Part shown: one piece after another, positions 35,066 through 47,900 of the stretch | How the letters are laid out: each line of letters starts with the position of its first letter | How positions within the stretch are numbered: the first letter of the stretch is position 1 | DNA from: the human T2T-CHM13v2.0 reference genome, Homo sapiens | Direction: 5' to 3' (one strand) | Length of the DNA stretch: 64,000 nt | Assembly: GCF_009914755.1 (NCBI RefSeq) | Contig: NC_060934.1 | Notes under the pieces: generated by a model | What the model saw: the letters and a program-made list of their open reading frames with translations, nothing else | Told to the model about the DNA's origin: nothing | Database searches by the model: none | Position numbers and translations under genes: made by a program

Positions 35066-37680
35066 TGGGTTCATTGATACATCTCCTCCACCCACTGCCT
35101 TACCTTTAGAATGGCTCAGTGGCAAACCTGTGTGGGTGGATCAGTGGCCCCTAACACAGCAGAAGCTAGGTCAACTTCATCTGTTGGTGAAAAAACAATT
35201 GGATGCAGGACATATAGAGAAGTCAGTTAGTCCCTGGAATTAACCAATCTTTGTTATCCCAAAAAAGTCCAGAAGATGGTGACTGCTGCATGATTTGAGA
35301 GCTATTAATGCACACATTAAGTTGATGGGTGCATTACAGCAGGGCTTGGCATCCCCAGCAGCAATTCCTAGAGACTGGCCTCTTGTAGCAATGGATCTTA
35401 AAGATTGTTTGTTTTCTATACCATTACATGAGGAGGATAAGCCTCGATTCGCCTTCTCTGTGCCTTCTATTAATCAAACAGAACCTGTTTCTCGCTATCA
35501 GTGGAGAGTTTTACCTCAAGGCAAGCTTAACAGTCCTGCATTATGTCAGCATTTTGTGGGAAGAGCATTAAAAGAGTCTCAAAATATGTTTCCCTCTGCA
35601 TATACTGTTCATTACATGGATGATATTCTTTTGGCCACTCCTACAGATCAAATATTGTATCAATTATTCATAGAAGTAAAGCAAGCTTTTGTTAAATGGA
35701 ATCTCAAAATTGCTCCAGAGAAAGTGTGAACAACTTCCCCATACCATTACTTAGGAACTATTGTTACAGAGAAAAGTGTATGGCCTCAGACAGTAGTTCT
35801 CTGTAAAGACAGGTTACAGACTTTAAATGATTTCCAACAGTTATTAGGGGACATTAATTGGCTATGCCCAATGCTAGCTATTGCTACTTATAAACTTGCA
35901 CATCTTTATCAAACCCTGCAAGGAGATTCTTCTTTAAATTCCCTGTGGCAGCTTATGAAAGAGGCAGAAGCTGAGTTACAACTTGTAGAACAGATGCTTC
36001 AGCAGAGACAGGCCTCCGGCTACAGCCACAAAAACTTTTGCTTTTGTTTATTCTTCCTACACCCCATTCTCCAACAGGACTCCTGGGCCAATGTTTAGAC
36101 AAATCTGTAACAGTGATAGAAAGGCTCTTTTTACCTAATCAAACAGTAAAAACTTTGCAAGTCTATCTTTCCTTAATTACACAAATTGTGACTTTGGGCA
36201 GGCATATTTCAAAAATGCTTACAGGATATAACCTTGATAAAATTATTGTTCCGTTAGACTCCCAGCAACAGGCTGCAGCATGGGAAATGTTGACTGCATG
36301 GCAAATTGCTTTCACTGATTTTGTAGGTGCAATAGATAATCATTATCCCTCAGACAAAATTTTGCAGTTTTATAAAGTCCATTCTTTCATTCTTCATGTG
36401 ATTACTCATCACAAGCCTATTCCAGGTGGCCAGACCTATTTTACTGACAGCTTTTCCAAAGGTTGCACAGCTATTTATGGACCTAAACATACTCAGAAAA
36501 TAAGGACCTCTGGGGTTTCAGCTCAACTCTTAGAGTTAATTGCAGTCATTCTAGTTTTAGAGCTCACAGCTTCAACTCCTATTAATATTGTCTGTGATTC
36601 AGCTTATGTTGTAAATGTTGCCAGTCCATAGAAACTGCTACAATTAAAAGTACACTAGAGCCAGAACTGCTTAACTTGTTTCTAAGACTTCAAGCTCTTT
36701 GATCTTGTATAGCTCCTTTTTATATTTCTCATATCCGTTTTCACACTCAATTCCCTGAACCATTATCTTTAGGCAGACAAACTTATCGGTTCTGTATTTC
36801 AACAAGCTCAAGCTTCTAATGCATTACTGCATCAAAACACCTCTGCCCTTACTCGTATGTTTCATCTGCCTTGCAGCCAGTCTTGAGCTATTGTACAAGC
36901 CTATTCCTCTTGTCAGCGTGTCCCTGGTGTTGCACCTGTAGAAGGCTGTAACCCACGAGGTTTGCTCCAAATGAAATCTGGCAAAATGGATGTTACACAT
37001 ATAGCAGACTTTGGCAAGCTTAGCTATGTTCATGTGACCATAGACACTTATTCTCATATGCTGCATGCTACATGCCAAACAGGTGAGACAGCTGGTCATG
37101 TACAGTGACATTGTCTGTTGTTATTGGCTCATATGGGGGTCCCTAAACAATTAAAAACTGACAATGGTCCTGCTTATACTAGTCATGCTTTCAAAATTTC
37201 CTACAGCTTTGGGCTATTACTCACAAAACAGGAGTTCCTTACAACCCTAGAGGACAAGGAATTATACAGCAGGCACATCAAACATTACAATGAATGTTGA
37301 AAAAACAGAAAGGGGGAATAGGCCACCTCAAACAAAACTACATTTAGCCCAATTTACTTTAAATTGTTTGACTTCTGGTATGGATGGTAAGACTCCAGCA
37401 GAAAGACATTGGCAAGTGTTAGAGGAAAAAAGGAAAGTTTATCTGAAAGTGTTGTGGAAATCCCTGGAAGAAGGAAAATGGAAAGGTCCAGTGGATTTAT
37501 TAATGTGGGGATGAGGATATGCTTGTGTTTTTACAGGAGATGGACAAACCATGTGGGTGCCCTCAAGGTGCATGCGACCATGGAACAGGAGACTGGAGGG
37601 ACCCATGGTGACCAACCATGGGCCTGGTCCCTCCAGTACAGGCCATGAGCCAGCTGAGCCTGAGTGCAAAGACTGAGAGA
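35066..37680 (+). pseudogene. pol: HML-6 pol remnant (RT, RNase H, integrase)
   Basis: WVDQWPL, LPQGKLNSP, YMDD (35613-35624), RNase H YFTD/SAQLLEL/CDSAY and integrase KTDNGPAYTS. Stops and frameshifts present. Confidence 0.9.
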
Positions 37681-39480
37681 AGGCCAGCTGGAGTCATGAC
37701 GACATCAAGCCCCATAACCTGGGGGCAACTCAAGAAAACCATGCAGGAAGGTGAGACACTCCTGGATTGTCACGATGAGGCAAAACCCCCTGATTCCATG
37801 TTCTTGGCCATATTAGCCATAATGCCCTGTGTGGTATATTTTCCCTGTGCAGAGGCAAAAACATTGGGCATATGTCCCTAATCCCCTAGTAGTATGACCT
37901 GTATTTTGGAGTGACACTCCTCCTGAGATCTATCATGATCAGGGAGCATGGGATCCAGGACCCCTAACTCCCCCTGACATAGAACAGTTAGACTCTCAGA
38001 ACAATGTCATCAATTATACCACCCCACTGGAAGGACTCCCCTTGTGTATCACTACAAAGATGTCACTCAACCATAGTTGTCTTACAATTCAAGCTCAAGC
38101 ATGGTTGAGTCGGCATGGAAAAGTCAGGTACTTATTAGGTCTTAGTTCTATTAATGTAACTAGTGTGCTAACCTGGCCCACTGGCTAGAAAACAATCTAT
38201 GTTAACTGGAGACATTGTGGATTAGAGACCTAAAGTTCAACTAGATGGAAAAGAGGAAAATCTGACATCATGGCACAAACTTTGTTGGCATTGGTGGCAG
38301 GCTTTTAATGCTTCTTCTTTATGCCACACGGGGATCCAATCCCAATCTGCCACCCAGATTGCTTGGCATGGAGCTGGCTTTAGCCTGCCTCTTCCTCAGT
38401 AACAATATCTAGGGAGGAAAGGTCCAATTCAAGAAACAATATGGAACGCTGCACTCCTGTTCACAAATGGTAGTATCTGGGTAGGGGTACTCTCTAATAC
38501 TAATACTGCTACTCGACATAGTTTTGATGTTACATTTGTAAAGAGTATCACCTCTCAATTTACGGTTTGTGTTTTTAATCCTTATGTCTTTTTGGCAGCC
38601 AGGAAGGACCAGCTCAGGTAAATGATATCCAATTCACCCATAAACCTTGTCAGTTATATCATTGCATTAATCATAGCATATTGCAAACACATAATATCTC
38701 TACTTTGATAATTTTGGGTCACATCCCTGGGCTATGGATTCCCATTAATCTCTCTGAGCCTTGGGCCACCACCCCTGCTTTGCACTTTGTGAAACTTCTT
38801 TTAACTCAACTTACTCATGGTGCCCATAGAGCCTTAGGCACGATAATTTTTGCTATTGTTTCCTTGGTCACACTAATAACTTCTGTTGTAATGTCCTCTG
38901 TAGCTTTGCATAGTTCTGTTCAAACAACTCAGTATGTGGAGAACTGGATGCATACAGCCAACCAAGCATGGCTACTTCAGAATGAAATTAACACTGAGTT
39001 ACAAATTGAAGTGGCAATGTTGAAATCCACAGTTCTATCATTAGGGGAACAAGTAGAAAGCTTACAATTGCAACAGCAATTGTGCTGTCATTTAAATCAC
39101 ACTCATATTTGTGTAACCAACTTAGAATACAACCAAAGTGAGTATCCATGGGACCTTGTGAAAGCTCTTTTGCAGGGAGCTTTCACATCCAACATCACCT
39201 TTGATATTGGTGAATTACAAAACAAAATTCTTGATTTAAATAAGCAAACTCAAGAGTTTCAGCCTTCTTTAGAAGCCTGGACCAAATTTCAGCAAGGTCT
39301 GGAGAGCCTCAATCCTCGGGCCTATCTAAAGCACCACATTAACATCTCATATATAGTTCTGGGAATAATGCTGTTATGTCTCTTGTTTTCTGTTCACAGT
39401 CTGTAAAATTAGATGGTCCACAAGTTGGAAAATGAGAGCTGTCCAGCCTGGTGTTACATTCATTCAATTAATGCAAAAAC
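37620..39480 (+). pseudogene. env: HML-6 env remnant
   Basis: Leader PITWGQLKKT...SMFLAILAIMPCV, a broken SU, and an open TM segment (ALGTIIFAIVSLV...CHLNHTHICVT...IVLGIMLLCLLF). Confidence 0.85.
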
Positions 39481-40137
39481 AGAAAGGGAGAGATGTTGGG
39501 AGCCAAGAGCCTGAGGGTCATGACCAACTCAGCATTCCACTGGAATGCTATATGATCAAACAGCAAACTGTTTATCATGAATGCAGGATGTGGGCAAACT
39601 CACATCTGCACCTGCTGCCAGAAGGTATGCTGAGGGCAATCACTCCCTGGTGCTGTGCTCCTGGGTGCCATGCCCCTTAAAGTTATCTACTGGAACATCT
39701 AGAGCCTACTGTTCTAAGAAGGCAGTCATGCAGGCCTGCACTAAATCAAGCAGCTGACCAACAACTGCCCCCTGCTCCATATCTCTTTTACTCAATAAAT
39801 ATGAAGGGCTCTAGAAGCCCAGGGCACTTATTCACTAGAAGCAAGGAGCCCCCTGACCCCTTCATCCAAACATACTCTTTTGTCTTTGTCTTTATTCCTG
39901 CATTCATCCTCCTTTGTTCAGTCCACCAGGGTCTGCAGCACCTGAGGGCTTTGAGGGCTCACTGCAGGGTAGCCCCAGCCTGAGCCTTGAAGTCCCCTTC
40001 AGATTAATTGTCCTCCCCACACAAATTGCTCAAAAATTGCTCAAAAAAAGGAGACAAGATGGGGTGGGTGCAGTGGGATGAGCAGCTGCTGTCCACTGCT
40101 TCCTGGGTTGCAACACAGCCTCTACCCCCAACACCCA

Positions 40138-40155
40138 TCCCAGGTTTCAGCACCA
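40138..40155 (-). promoter_or_regulatory. Primer-binding site (tRNA-Phe) of the MER61 provirus
   Basis: The minus strand reads TGGTGCTGAAACCTGGGA, 16/18 to the tRNA-Phe PBS TGGTGCCGAAACCCGGGA, 2 nt after the LTR. Confidence 0.8.
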
Positions 40156-40600
40156 AATGTAAGAGTTAAAGAAAGAGGAAAGAAACACAAAAAGTGGCTC
40201 AACAGTCAAAGACAGGTTTATTTTGGAGAATAAACCTGAGAGGGCCTTCTGACCGATTTCAGTCAGGAACACTCTCTCTTACAGACTAAGAGTATTTATT
40301 GGTTTTAGGGTGAGGAGAAGTCTATTGTGGGATTGGAATATCTCTGGTTGGAGAGGAGGTTATCTCAGGGCTGACATCTCTCCAGCCAGAGGGGAGGTTA
40401 TCTCAGGGCTGGCATGTCTCTGGTCTGGGAGGAGTTTACCTTATGGTTGGAATGTTTCTGGTCAGAGATGTCATTTGTGGTTTATGGTCATGCTGACCTT
40501 AGCCATTAGGCTGATGCTTTTTGGATTTAGGCAGTTTTTAATCAAGGTGAACTTTAAAATGGTGGTGCTTGTCCAAGATGGTGATGCTCCTGCTCTGTTA

Positions 40601-41237
40601 TCCATCACAACTGTTTCAGTACTGACTGAGTGGTTAAGTTAAATATAAAAAGCTAAAAAAGCCAGTGCCCTTATACAAAGGCTGGAATGTAGCAAAAGTC
40701 CATCAAGAGTTTTGCCTAGGCCTTTCCTGGGCCTTAAAGCATGATAAAGTAACAAAGAAATTCTTAGCAGGACCCCCTTAGGATTAAACAAGTTTTATTA
40801 GGGGTCTGAAGAAACTCCACAGGCTTCCACAATCAAGTTTATTGGAGGTCTGAAGTAACTTCCCAAACCCCCGTGATTTAGCAAGAGACAAGATAAGGGT
40901 AATCACCCGAGCACCTAGACCCATTTAGATTAAGTAAACTTAATGAGGCTGTAGAAGAAGGTCTTCAGGATGACCTTCAGCCATGAAAAGAACATGCCAC
41001 AGGTAGCCTCAGATCCCAGCATGAAAAGACACATGGAACACTTACATGTAGACATATAGCTTGGAAGGTATATAGCTCTGAAAAACTTTGTAATTTTGAG
41101 TTGGTCTGGTGAAAATTTCTGGGCCTTCTCCCTGTAACTGGTTGCAAAAAATAAAACTCTCTTCCTCCCGAGTTCATCTGCATCTCATTATTGGCAGCAG
41201 GAAATAGCAGCCCAACCCTCAGTTTGGTCCAGGAACA
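40601..41237 (+). mobile_element. 5'-truncated LTR (ERV1-type, family unresolved)
   Basis: TATA-like ggtatatagc, AATAAA at about 41150 and an end ...cctcagtttggtccaggaaCA. Confidence 0.6.
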
Positions 41238-41285
41238 CTCCTGCCTTAGCGTCCCGAGTAGCTGGGATTAAAGGCATGTGCCCAG

Positions 41286-41372
41286 CTCACTGCTACACTC
41301 CCACTAGTGCCATGACAGTTTACAATGTAGGGATGTAAACTGTCATGGCACTAGTGGGAGTGTAGCAGTGAG
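41286..41372. repeat. Perfect 39-bp inverted repeat with a 9-nt spacer
   Basis: 41286-41324 is the exact reverse complement of 41334-41372. Confidence 0.97.
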
Positions 41373-41604
41373 GACAACCAGAGGTCACTATCATCGCCAT
41401 CTTGGTTTTGGTGGGATTTAGCCAGCTTCTTTACTGCAAGTTTTATTAGCAAGCTCATTATGAGCTGTATCTTTGTGCTAGCCTCCTATCTTATCCTGTG
41501 TCTTAGAATGCCTAATTATCTGGGAATGCAGCCTATAGGTTTTAGCCTTATTTTACCCAGCTGCTACTCAAGATGGAGTTGCTCTGGTTCAAATGCTTCT
41601 AACA
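41334..41604 (-). mobile_element. MER41 LTR 5' half
   Basis: ...ctgggaatgcagcc...caagatggagttgctctggttcaaatgcttctaaca is the reverse complement of the MER41 5' end. Confidence 0.85.
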
Positions 41605-41957
41605 AACTCAAGCATTTTTTTATGCTGAATTCAATTCTTAAAGCAGAGCTTAACTCTTTCAACCAACTGCCTGTCAGAGAATCTTTGAATCCACTTATGA
41701 CCATGAATCTCCACCCTCTTTGCTTCAAGATGTCTCACCTTTCTGGGCCAAACCAACATATACCTTATGTATATTGATTTATGTCTTTGCCTGTAACTTC
41801 TCTCTCCCTAAAATGTATAAAACCAAGCTGTAACCCAACTACTTTAGGCACATGTTTTTAGGACTTCCTGAGGCTGTGCATGGGTCAAGGTCTTTAATCT
41901 TGGCCAAATAAACCTCTAAATTGATTGAGTCCTATCTCAGATACTTTTTGGTTTACA
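41605..41957 (+). mobile_element. MER4-group LTR 3' half
   Basis: ccctaaaatgtataaaaccaagctgtaaccc...aaataaacctctaaattgattgag...tttttggtttaCA. Confidence 0.75.
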
Positions 41958-41964
41958 AGGGTTA

Positions 41965-42280
41965 TTGTGGCAGATTAGACTATTGCTCCCAATTCTTTGC
42001 TCCTTCCCTGTAACAATTACACAGCCATGATACAAGTACAGGTTTAAATAGGTTTGCTTGGTTTGGTTTGTCTCTCCCACTACATCCATCAGCCATGAAA
42101 AGAACATGCCACAGGTAGCCACAGATCCCAGCATGAAAAGACACATGGAACATACGTGAAGCCAACCTTCAATGAGAGCCTCACCAATCCAATCCCAGTG
42201 GAACCTAGTGGAGCCCAGCCAATCCACCAACTTGTGAATGAGAAAAAGATATGTTTGTCTTTGCAAACTGCTGAGTACAG
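41965..42280 (+). mobile_element. MLT1 (MaLR) LTR, old
   Basis: tgtggcagattagactattgctccc...cagccatgaaaagaacatgcc...gagcccagcc...ctgctgag. Confidence 0.6.
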
Positions 42281-42659
42281 CTTGAGGATAAGCTTTACTC
42301 ACCTCCAAGTACAGGGGGTAAGCACACAGCATTATCACAAAAAAAAATTACTGAAAACCATGATAATTGTGGGGCTTTAACTCCACTAAATGCAAAAGAG
42401 GATACAAGCATTTGGATTTAACTTAGCAATTTTTTCCTCTGTTTGTGGGTAAAGGTTTAACAAAACCCTGCCTTTCTGCAAGAGGTACTGACCTTCTATT
42501 TACTTTCTAGCTTGATTCCTCTGGAAATCTGATAACTATGGAAAGCCTTGTGTTACTAGGTAGCAATGCTTAGGTAAAAGAGACCCCTGAGTGGCTGATT
42601 GCTTGTGGATGTGACACCAGATAAGTCATAATTTGAGACTTCTCTTCCACTAGAAGCCA

Positions 42660-42935
42660 CCTACATTAGTTTCCTAGAACTGTCATTAAAAATTATAACA
42701 CTGGTGACTTAAAACAATAGAAATATATTCTGCCATAGTTCTGGATATTAGAAGTGTAAAATCCAGGCGTGAGCAGGGCCATGCTCTCTCTGAAGGCTCT
42801 AGGGAACTGTCCTCTCTTGCCTCTTCTGGCTAGTGGTGGTTTCTGGCAATCCTTGTTGTTTCATGGCTTATGAAGGCATCGCTCCAATCTCTTCCTCTGT
42901 CTTCACATGGATTTCTGCTTTGTGTGTCTCTATGT
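42660..42935 (-). mobile_element. MLT1A-C LTR fragment
   Basis: attagtttcctag...ggtgacttaaaacaatagaaat...agcagggccatgctctctctgaaggctctaggg. Confidence 0.7.
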
Positions 42936-43209
42936 CTGGCCAGTTTGTGGTGCATATGTTTGAATTGCATCAGTGGGAAATTGAGTTGAGTGGGAACTTA
43001 AGTCACTTAGATAAACCAAAATCTATTTACATATCGGTAAAAATCAACTCAAATGGTATGCTTTTCTCATGAGAGGCCGCATGTTCAAATGTAAGAAAAA
43101 GATGCAATTACAAATTGGCCTGATTTTATTTCACTTCTTGGGTTGTGTTAGGATATAATGTATCCTCATGGGAAAAAGAAATTACAGACTTAATTTGCAT
43201 AGTAGACTG

Positions 43210-43213
<4 letters not shown>

Positions 43214-43259
<46 letters not shown>
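43214..43259. repeat. (AC)23 microsatellite
   Basis: Perfect dinucleotide run. Confidence 0.97.
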
Positions 43260-43261
<2 letters not shown>

Positions 43262-44438
43262 AGGGAGAGAGATGTCATCAGTTCTGAGAGTATTATTTGT
43301 TCATCTACATTTGAGAGGTCCAAGAGTCTCCACCATGTAAAAGCCCCAAGAGATCATCAGTAAGAGACTGGGCTCTATTGACATCAAGAGAAATTAATAT
43401 GATTAATTAATGAGGCCCCTTTTGTTGCTGAGAAATTGTAGGTATAAGCATTTTTAATTGTTTTTAGGGATATGAGGTTTTTCAATTGAGTAAGTGAAGA
43501 AAATAGGTAGAATATATCCCTCCCAATACCCATTGGATAAAACTGTTGGTGATGGTCGTTTTTCCACCATTTTAGTCCAGATTGACCGCTCTTGATTTCT
43601 TTCAACTGGGTGTATGAGCCACACTCACTCTTGCCAGACACTCTTGCCAGGAGCCTATAATACTCTCTCCCTCCCCACTTCAACACTAAGTTATCCTGTC
43701 TGTCTTCCACTTATCCTTAGGAGCACAGCCTAAATGACACTTGTCACAGGAGGCCTACTTTAACCCCCACAAGCAGGGGCATTTCCCTTGTTATGGGGAT
43801 TTTATTGTTGTTGTTTACTAAATTGTCTTCAAAACTAAGAGCTCAGGCAATGTTTACCAATCTTGCTCACTGCTGTATCCTCAGAAAGTATTACAGGGCT
43901 TGATGAGGGCAGAATAAGGATTTATTATAAGAGGAAGGAAATAATGAAAGTCTACAATGACATAGTTAGAACTGAGATTATTATGTGATTGATCTTCACC
44001 AAACAACCCAACCAGCAGGAAAAGAATATTTTCAGGAGTAAATCTAGGCTTTATGACATATATTGATCCAATTAGTAGCCTCTTGCTCTCACTTGGTTTA
44101 TGCATACTGTATTGTAATCTTGAGTTCTCTAAAAGGTAAAGTTAACCTTGAGCAATATGAAAACTATAGTTCTCATCCTTTGACCACATGACTGACCAAG
44201 GCAACTGTCATGGTGACTGGACCCCAAGGTCCAGCCAAGGGCGCTGCTCTGCACACCCACCATAGCAACTCCATGATATACAGGAAAGGTTGGAAATGAG
44301 TGAATGTCATAGGGAGGATGTCTGGATGGGAGTATGAAGGAGAATGTAAAGCAATGGTTAGGCTTCCAGACACCAAAATAATCACATTTATGTCTAAAGG
44401 AGAGATAAAATCTGCACCCCCTGCATCCCCAGTGGTAG

Positions 44439-44992
44439 TGTTACAGGAAAGGGGTTCCAATCCAGACCCCAAGAAAGGGTTCTTGGATCTTGCACAAGAA
44501 AGAATTCAGGGCAAGTCCACAGAGTAAAGTGAAAGCAAGTTTATTAGGAAAGTAAAGGAATAAGAGAAAGGCTACTCCATAGACAGAGCAGCCCTGAGGG
44601 CTGCTGGTTGTCCATTTTTATGGTTATTTCTTGTTTATATGCTAAACAATGGGTAGATTATTCATGCCTCCCATTTTTAGACCATATAGGGTAACTTCCT
44701 GATGTTTCCATCACATTTGTAAACTGTCATGGTGCTGCTGGGAGTATAGCAGTGAGGAAGACCAGAGGCCATTCTCATCACCATTTTGGTTTCCATGGGT
44801 TTCAGCTGGCTCCTTTACTACTACCTGTTTTATCAGCAAGGTCTTTATGACCTATATTTTATGCTGACCTCCTTTCTCAACCTGTGACTTAGAATGCCTT
44901 AACCATCTGGGAATGCAGCCCAGTAGGTTTCAGCCTCATTTTTCCCAGCTCCTATTTAAGATGGAGTTGCTCTGGTTCACATGCCTCTGACA
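44439..44992 (-). mobile_element. MER41A solo LTR, complete
   Basis: 554 bp with TG...CA ends and a 4-bp TSD gtag (44435-44438, 44993-44996). Lacks the tandem-GAS block of MER41B. Confidence 0.9.
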
Positions 44993-47900
44993 GTAGGTGC
45001 CTCAGGAAAGCAAGGACATTCATCTTGGGATGAGAGAATAGGGTTACAAACACCATTCTGAAACCAAGAATCAGGTCAGGAGAGAAAGCAATCTAGAGCA
45101 TTCAAAGAGATTCCTCTCTAGCCCAGCCCCATGATGAGAAGCATGTTGACTTCTTTGAAGAGGTTCCAGGAAATCTGGAAGAGGAAGTCTAAAAGAACTT
45201 TTAACTTTTATAGGAGATACCATCCAAGGGCATGAGAAGTGTTAACAAACTCAGGATGAGCTCTCCTCACTCCTGGGACTGAATGAGCTCAGCCCTTTAT
45301 GGGCACAGATTCAGCCCATTGTTGTGTTCAAAGCAGAAATAGCTGGAGCAGGACCTGGATCTGTCAGAGCCTGAAGAACTCACACCAGAGACCACAGGGA
45401 GCAGCACAGGAGCATGGAGCCTACAGGCCCCAGAAGGGAGGCCTGCATCAGTTGGCATCTGGGTGAGAAAACAGAAACCACACTACCAATTTAACAGAGA
45501 GGACCTAATATAGGGAACTGGCCAGAGACATTTGGGAGGACTGCAGAGCACAAGAGAAACTGCCGTGCTGCAAAAACAGCAACCACAGAAAGCAGCTTTA
45601 TATCCTGGGACTGGAGGAGCAAAGAGAGTTTGAGGCCATGGTCAGTGAGAAAGCCAGTGAAGGGACTGCACTGAGCTGGACCAGAGACCCTGAGGAGAGT
45701 GGCTTTCCTGGGTGGCCTTGGTCTTCCTGTGGCATAAAGAGATCCCACAGGGCTTCAGCCTGAGGATGCATGCTACTCAGTGCATGCTGCTTCCTCAGCA
45801 GCTCGGAGGAGAGCCACCCTCGACAGGGATTGAAACCCCAGAGTAGGCAACACTGGTGACTATGTGCCAGCATCTCTGAGGGGCCAAATGAGGCTGCTCC
45901 TGCAAGTGTAAAAGCTGAGAGCAGCTGCTGTCCTTGGACCAAATCACTGCTGCAAAGCTAAGGAATCATCCTCAGGATGATGCTGACAGAAGCTGGAAGC
46001 AAATGGGACAGAGCAGGTCCCTGCTCTCTCCCAGCCTTCCAGGATCCCTCTAGGGCCCACTCTGGGCAGAGACTAACAGAAATCCAGCTGCAAAGGAAAA
46101 ATAAGGTTTGCAGCATCCCAGGCTCAGAGTTGCAGAGATGGGTTTGGAACTGAAAGACAATAGGTTAAGAGTGAGCACAGTTGCTGCCCAAGGAACTCAG
46201 GACCCTCAGGTCTGGACCGGCTCAGGCAGCTACCTGAGCACAGAGGGAAGCAGGAGGATGTGGTTTGTTCTCTGACATGCAGACCCACATAACGGTCCTG
46301 GTGGGCAGCCAAAGTAGCATCCCAGGGAAGCTGAGTGGAGGTTGGATCATCATTTGGGCTCTGAATTTTTCCACTTATGATATAGCTAACATAGGTGACA
46401 ATTCCATCTTAGAAATCACACATTTGCAGTGCTATCTAATCACAACTGTTGATTCTAATTCAGAAAAATGAAGCATTCTGATGGGCCTAATACTCCTGAT
46501 TTTTCTATTATATGCTGAGGACAACTGTTTAAGAGGGAAAAGACAGCATATAGGAGCATACAAATGCAGATCAATTCAGCATAAAACTACCAACAAGTTC
46601 CGACTCAGATGTATGGTCTGCCAAAGACATGAGGCTCACTCACCCTAAAACAGGACAAAAGCAAGACCCCATCACAAGTTGGCTCTCGAATGTGACATGG
46701 AGCAAGCATAAGGAGATGTTGTCTTCAAGACCCCAGTCCCCTTCCTTATGCCGTGTTTGTATAGAGAGTGCCAGGGGCTCTGTCTATCTGGGCTGCTGAG
46801 ATGCCAGGATGCAGCTGTGGTGCCTGTCTTATGGGTAGAGCTCTCATTCAAAGAGGGAACTGGGCTCACCTAAGTTGGTGGTGAAGGATGAAATCCTAAC
46901 CCTGCCTCTGGGCTATGTCCCCTCCCAAATGGGGTGTGCCAAATGCCATTCTTGCTTGCCTTTGATAAAAATAACTCCTCCTCCACCAGCATCATTTTCC
47001 AAGAGAAAGAGGGTCCTTAGATTAAATTTAAAAGTTCAGTCAGGAAGACTAAAAATATAAGGGCTTGTGGTTGGAAAATTACTGAAAGAAAGAACGCATT
47101 TTCCTTGACTAATATACATTATGAAAGACAAAAAGCAGAGAAATGGGTAAAATGGAAATTCTGTCACTTCTCCATGGCTCTTGAAGCCATGATACTGTGA
47201 AGTCATAGCCACTCATTGAAGGTACTGCCTGCAGGATGCCTATGGGGTCATAACATTGTCTTGTTTAATCACAGGACTAATATTAAGTGATAGCATAATG
47301 GGGAAGCAAGAGCTGCTTCCCAGTCTCAGCTAAAGGAGGCAAACTGGCTCCAGTTCCTGCAAAAGCATCCAAGAAAAGAACAAAATCCTAGTTGTTAGGT
47401 CGGTTGGAGAAAAAGGATGCATTTGTTCCTGAGAAGGCAAACCACCAAGCAAGATAGCATCCTAGCAAGGAGAGATGCTCTTCCTGCACCAAGACAGCTA
47501 CAGAGTGAAGGACCTGCTGCTTATGTAGGGCTCAAAGGACAAGATAAGCCAAGACCAAGGTAGGGGGCTCAACTGAACTAGGAAGAGCAAGAGATCCAAA
47601 GACTGAAATGGACCTGTTTAAGTTTGGAGGACAGGAAAAAAAAAGGTGTTGACCCTGAATGAAGGTGGGTTTTGGGATCAGGGAGATAAATCAGATCTGA
47701 GGAAAGGATGATGGTCCAGCTCTGTCAGGTAATTCTCCCAATTTGCCTTTCTTGGGTAGAAGTGGTGTCATTCATCAGCCTGAACATTCCTAAGAAACAA
47801 GGTTCACTTTTGTATTGGAGACCACTGAAATGGTTTCTCTTTTACCCACCCGAATTGCTTCACCTCAATGAGTCATTTTTATACAGCCAAGACCACAGCT

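Larger units (their letters stand above)
32010..39940 (+). mobile_element. HERV-K(HML-6) / HERVK3 provirus with LTR3-type LTRs (5' LTR 32010-32345 truncated, 3' LTR 39494-39940)
   Basis: Paired LTRs, Lys3-like PBS, betaretroviral gag-dUTPase/pro-pol-env order, polypurine tract agaaagggagaga before 39494, and env leader ITWGQLKKT...PDSMFLA typical of HML-6. Confidence 0.9.

Noticed and set aside
34758-35243. Pro G-patch fused in frame to the start of pol
   Set aside because: Likely a small decay deletion near the pro/pol frameshift; the frame is closed by stops on both sides.
44439-44992. MER41 as an interferon-inducible STAT1 enhancer
   Set aside because: This copy is 554 bp and reads attattcatg-cctccc without the tandem TTCCnGGAA block, i.e. 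the MER41A form lacking GAS sites.
45000-47700. Possible hidden gene or LTR remnants
   Set aside because: No ORF with recognisable motifs; some MaLR/ERVL-like character, but too degenerate to call by eye.
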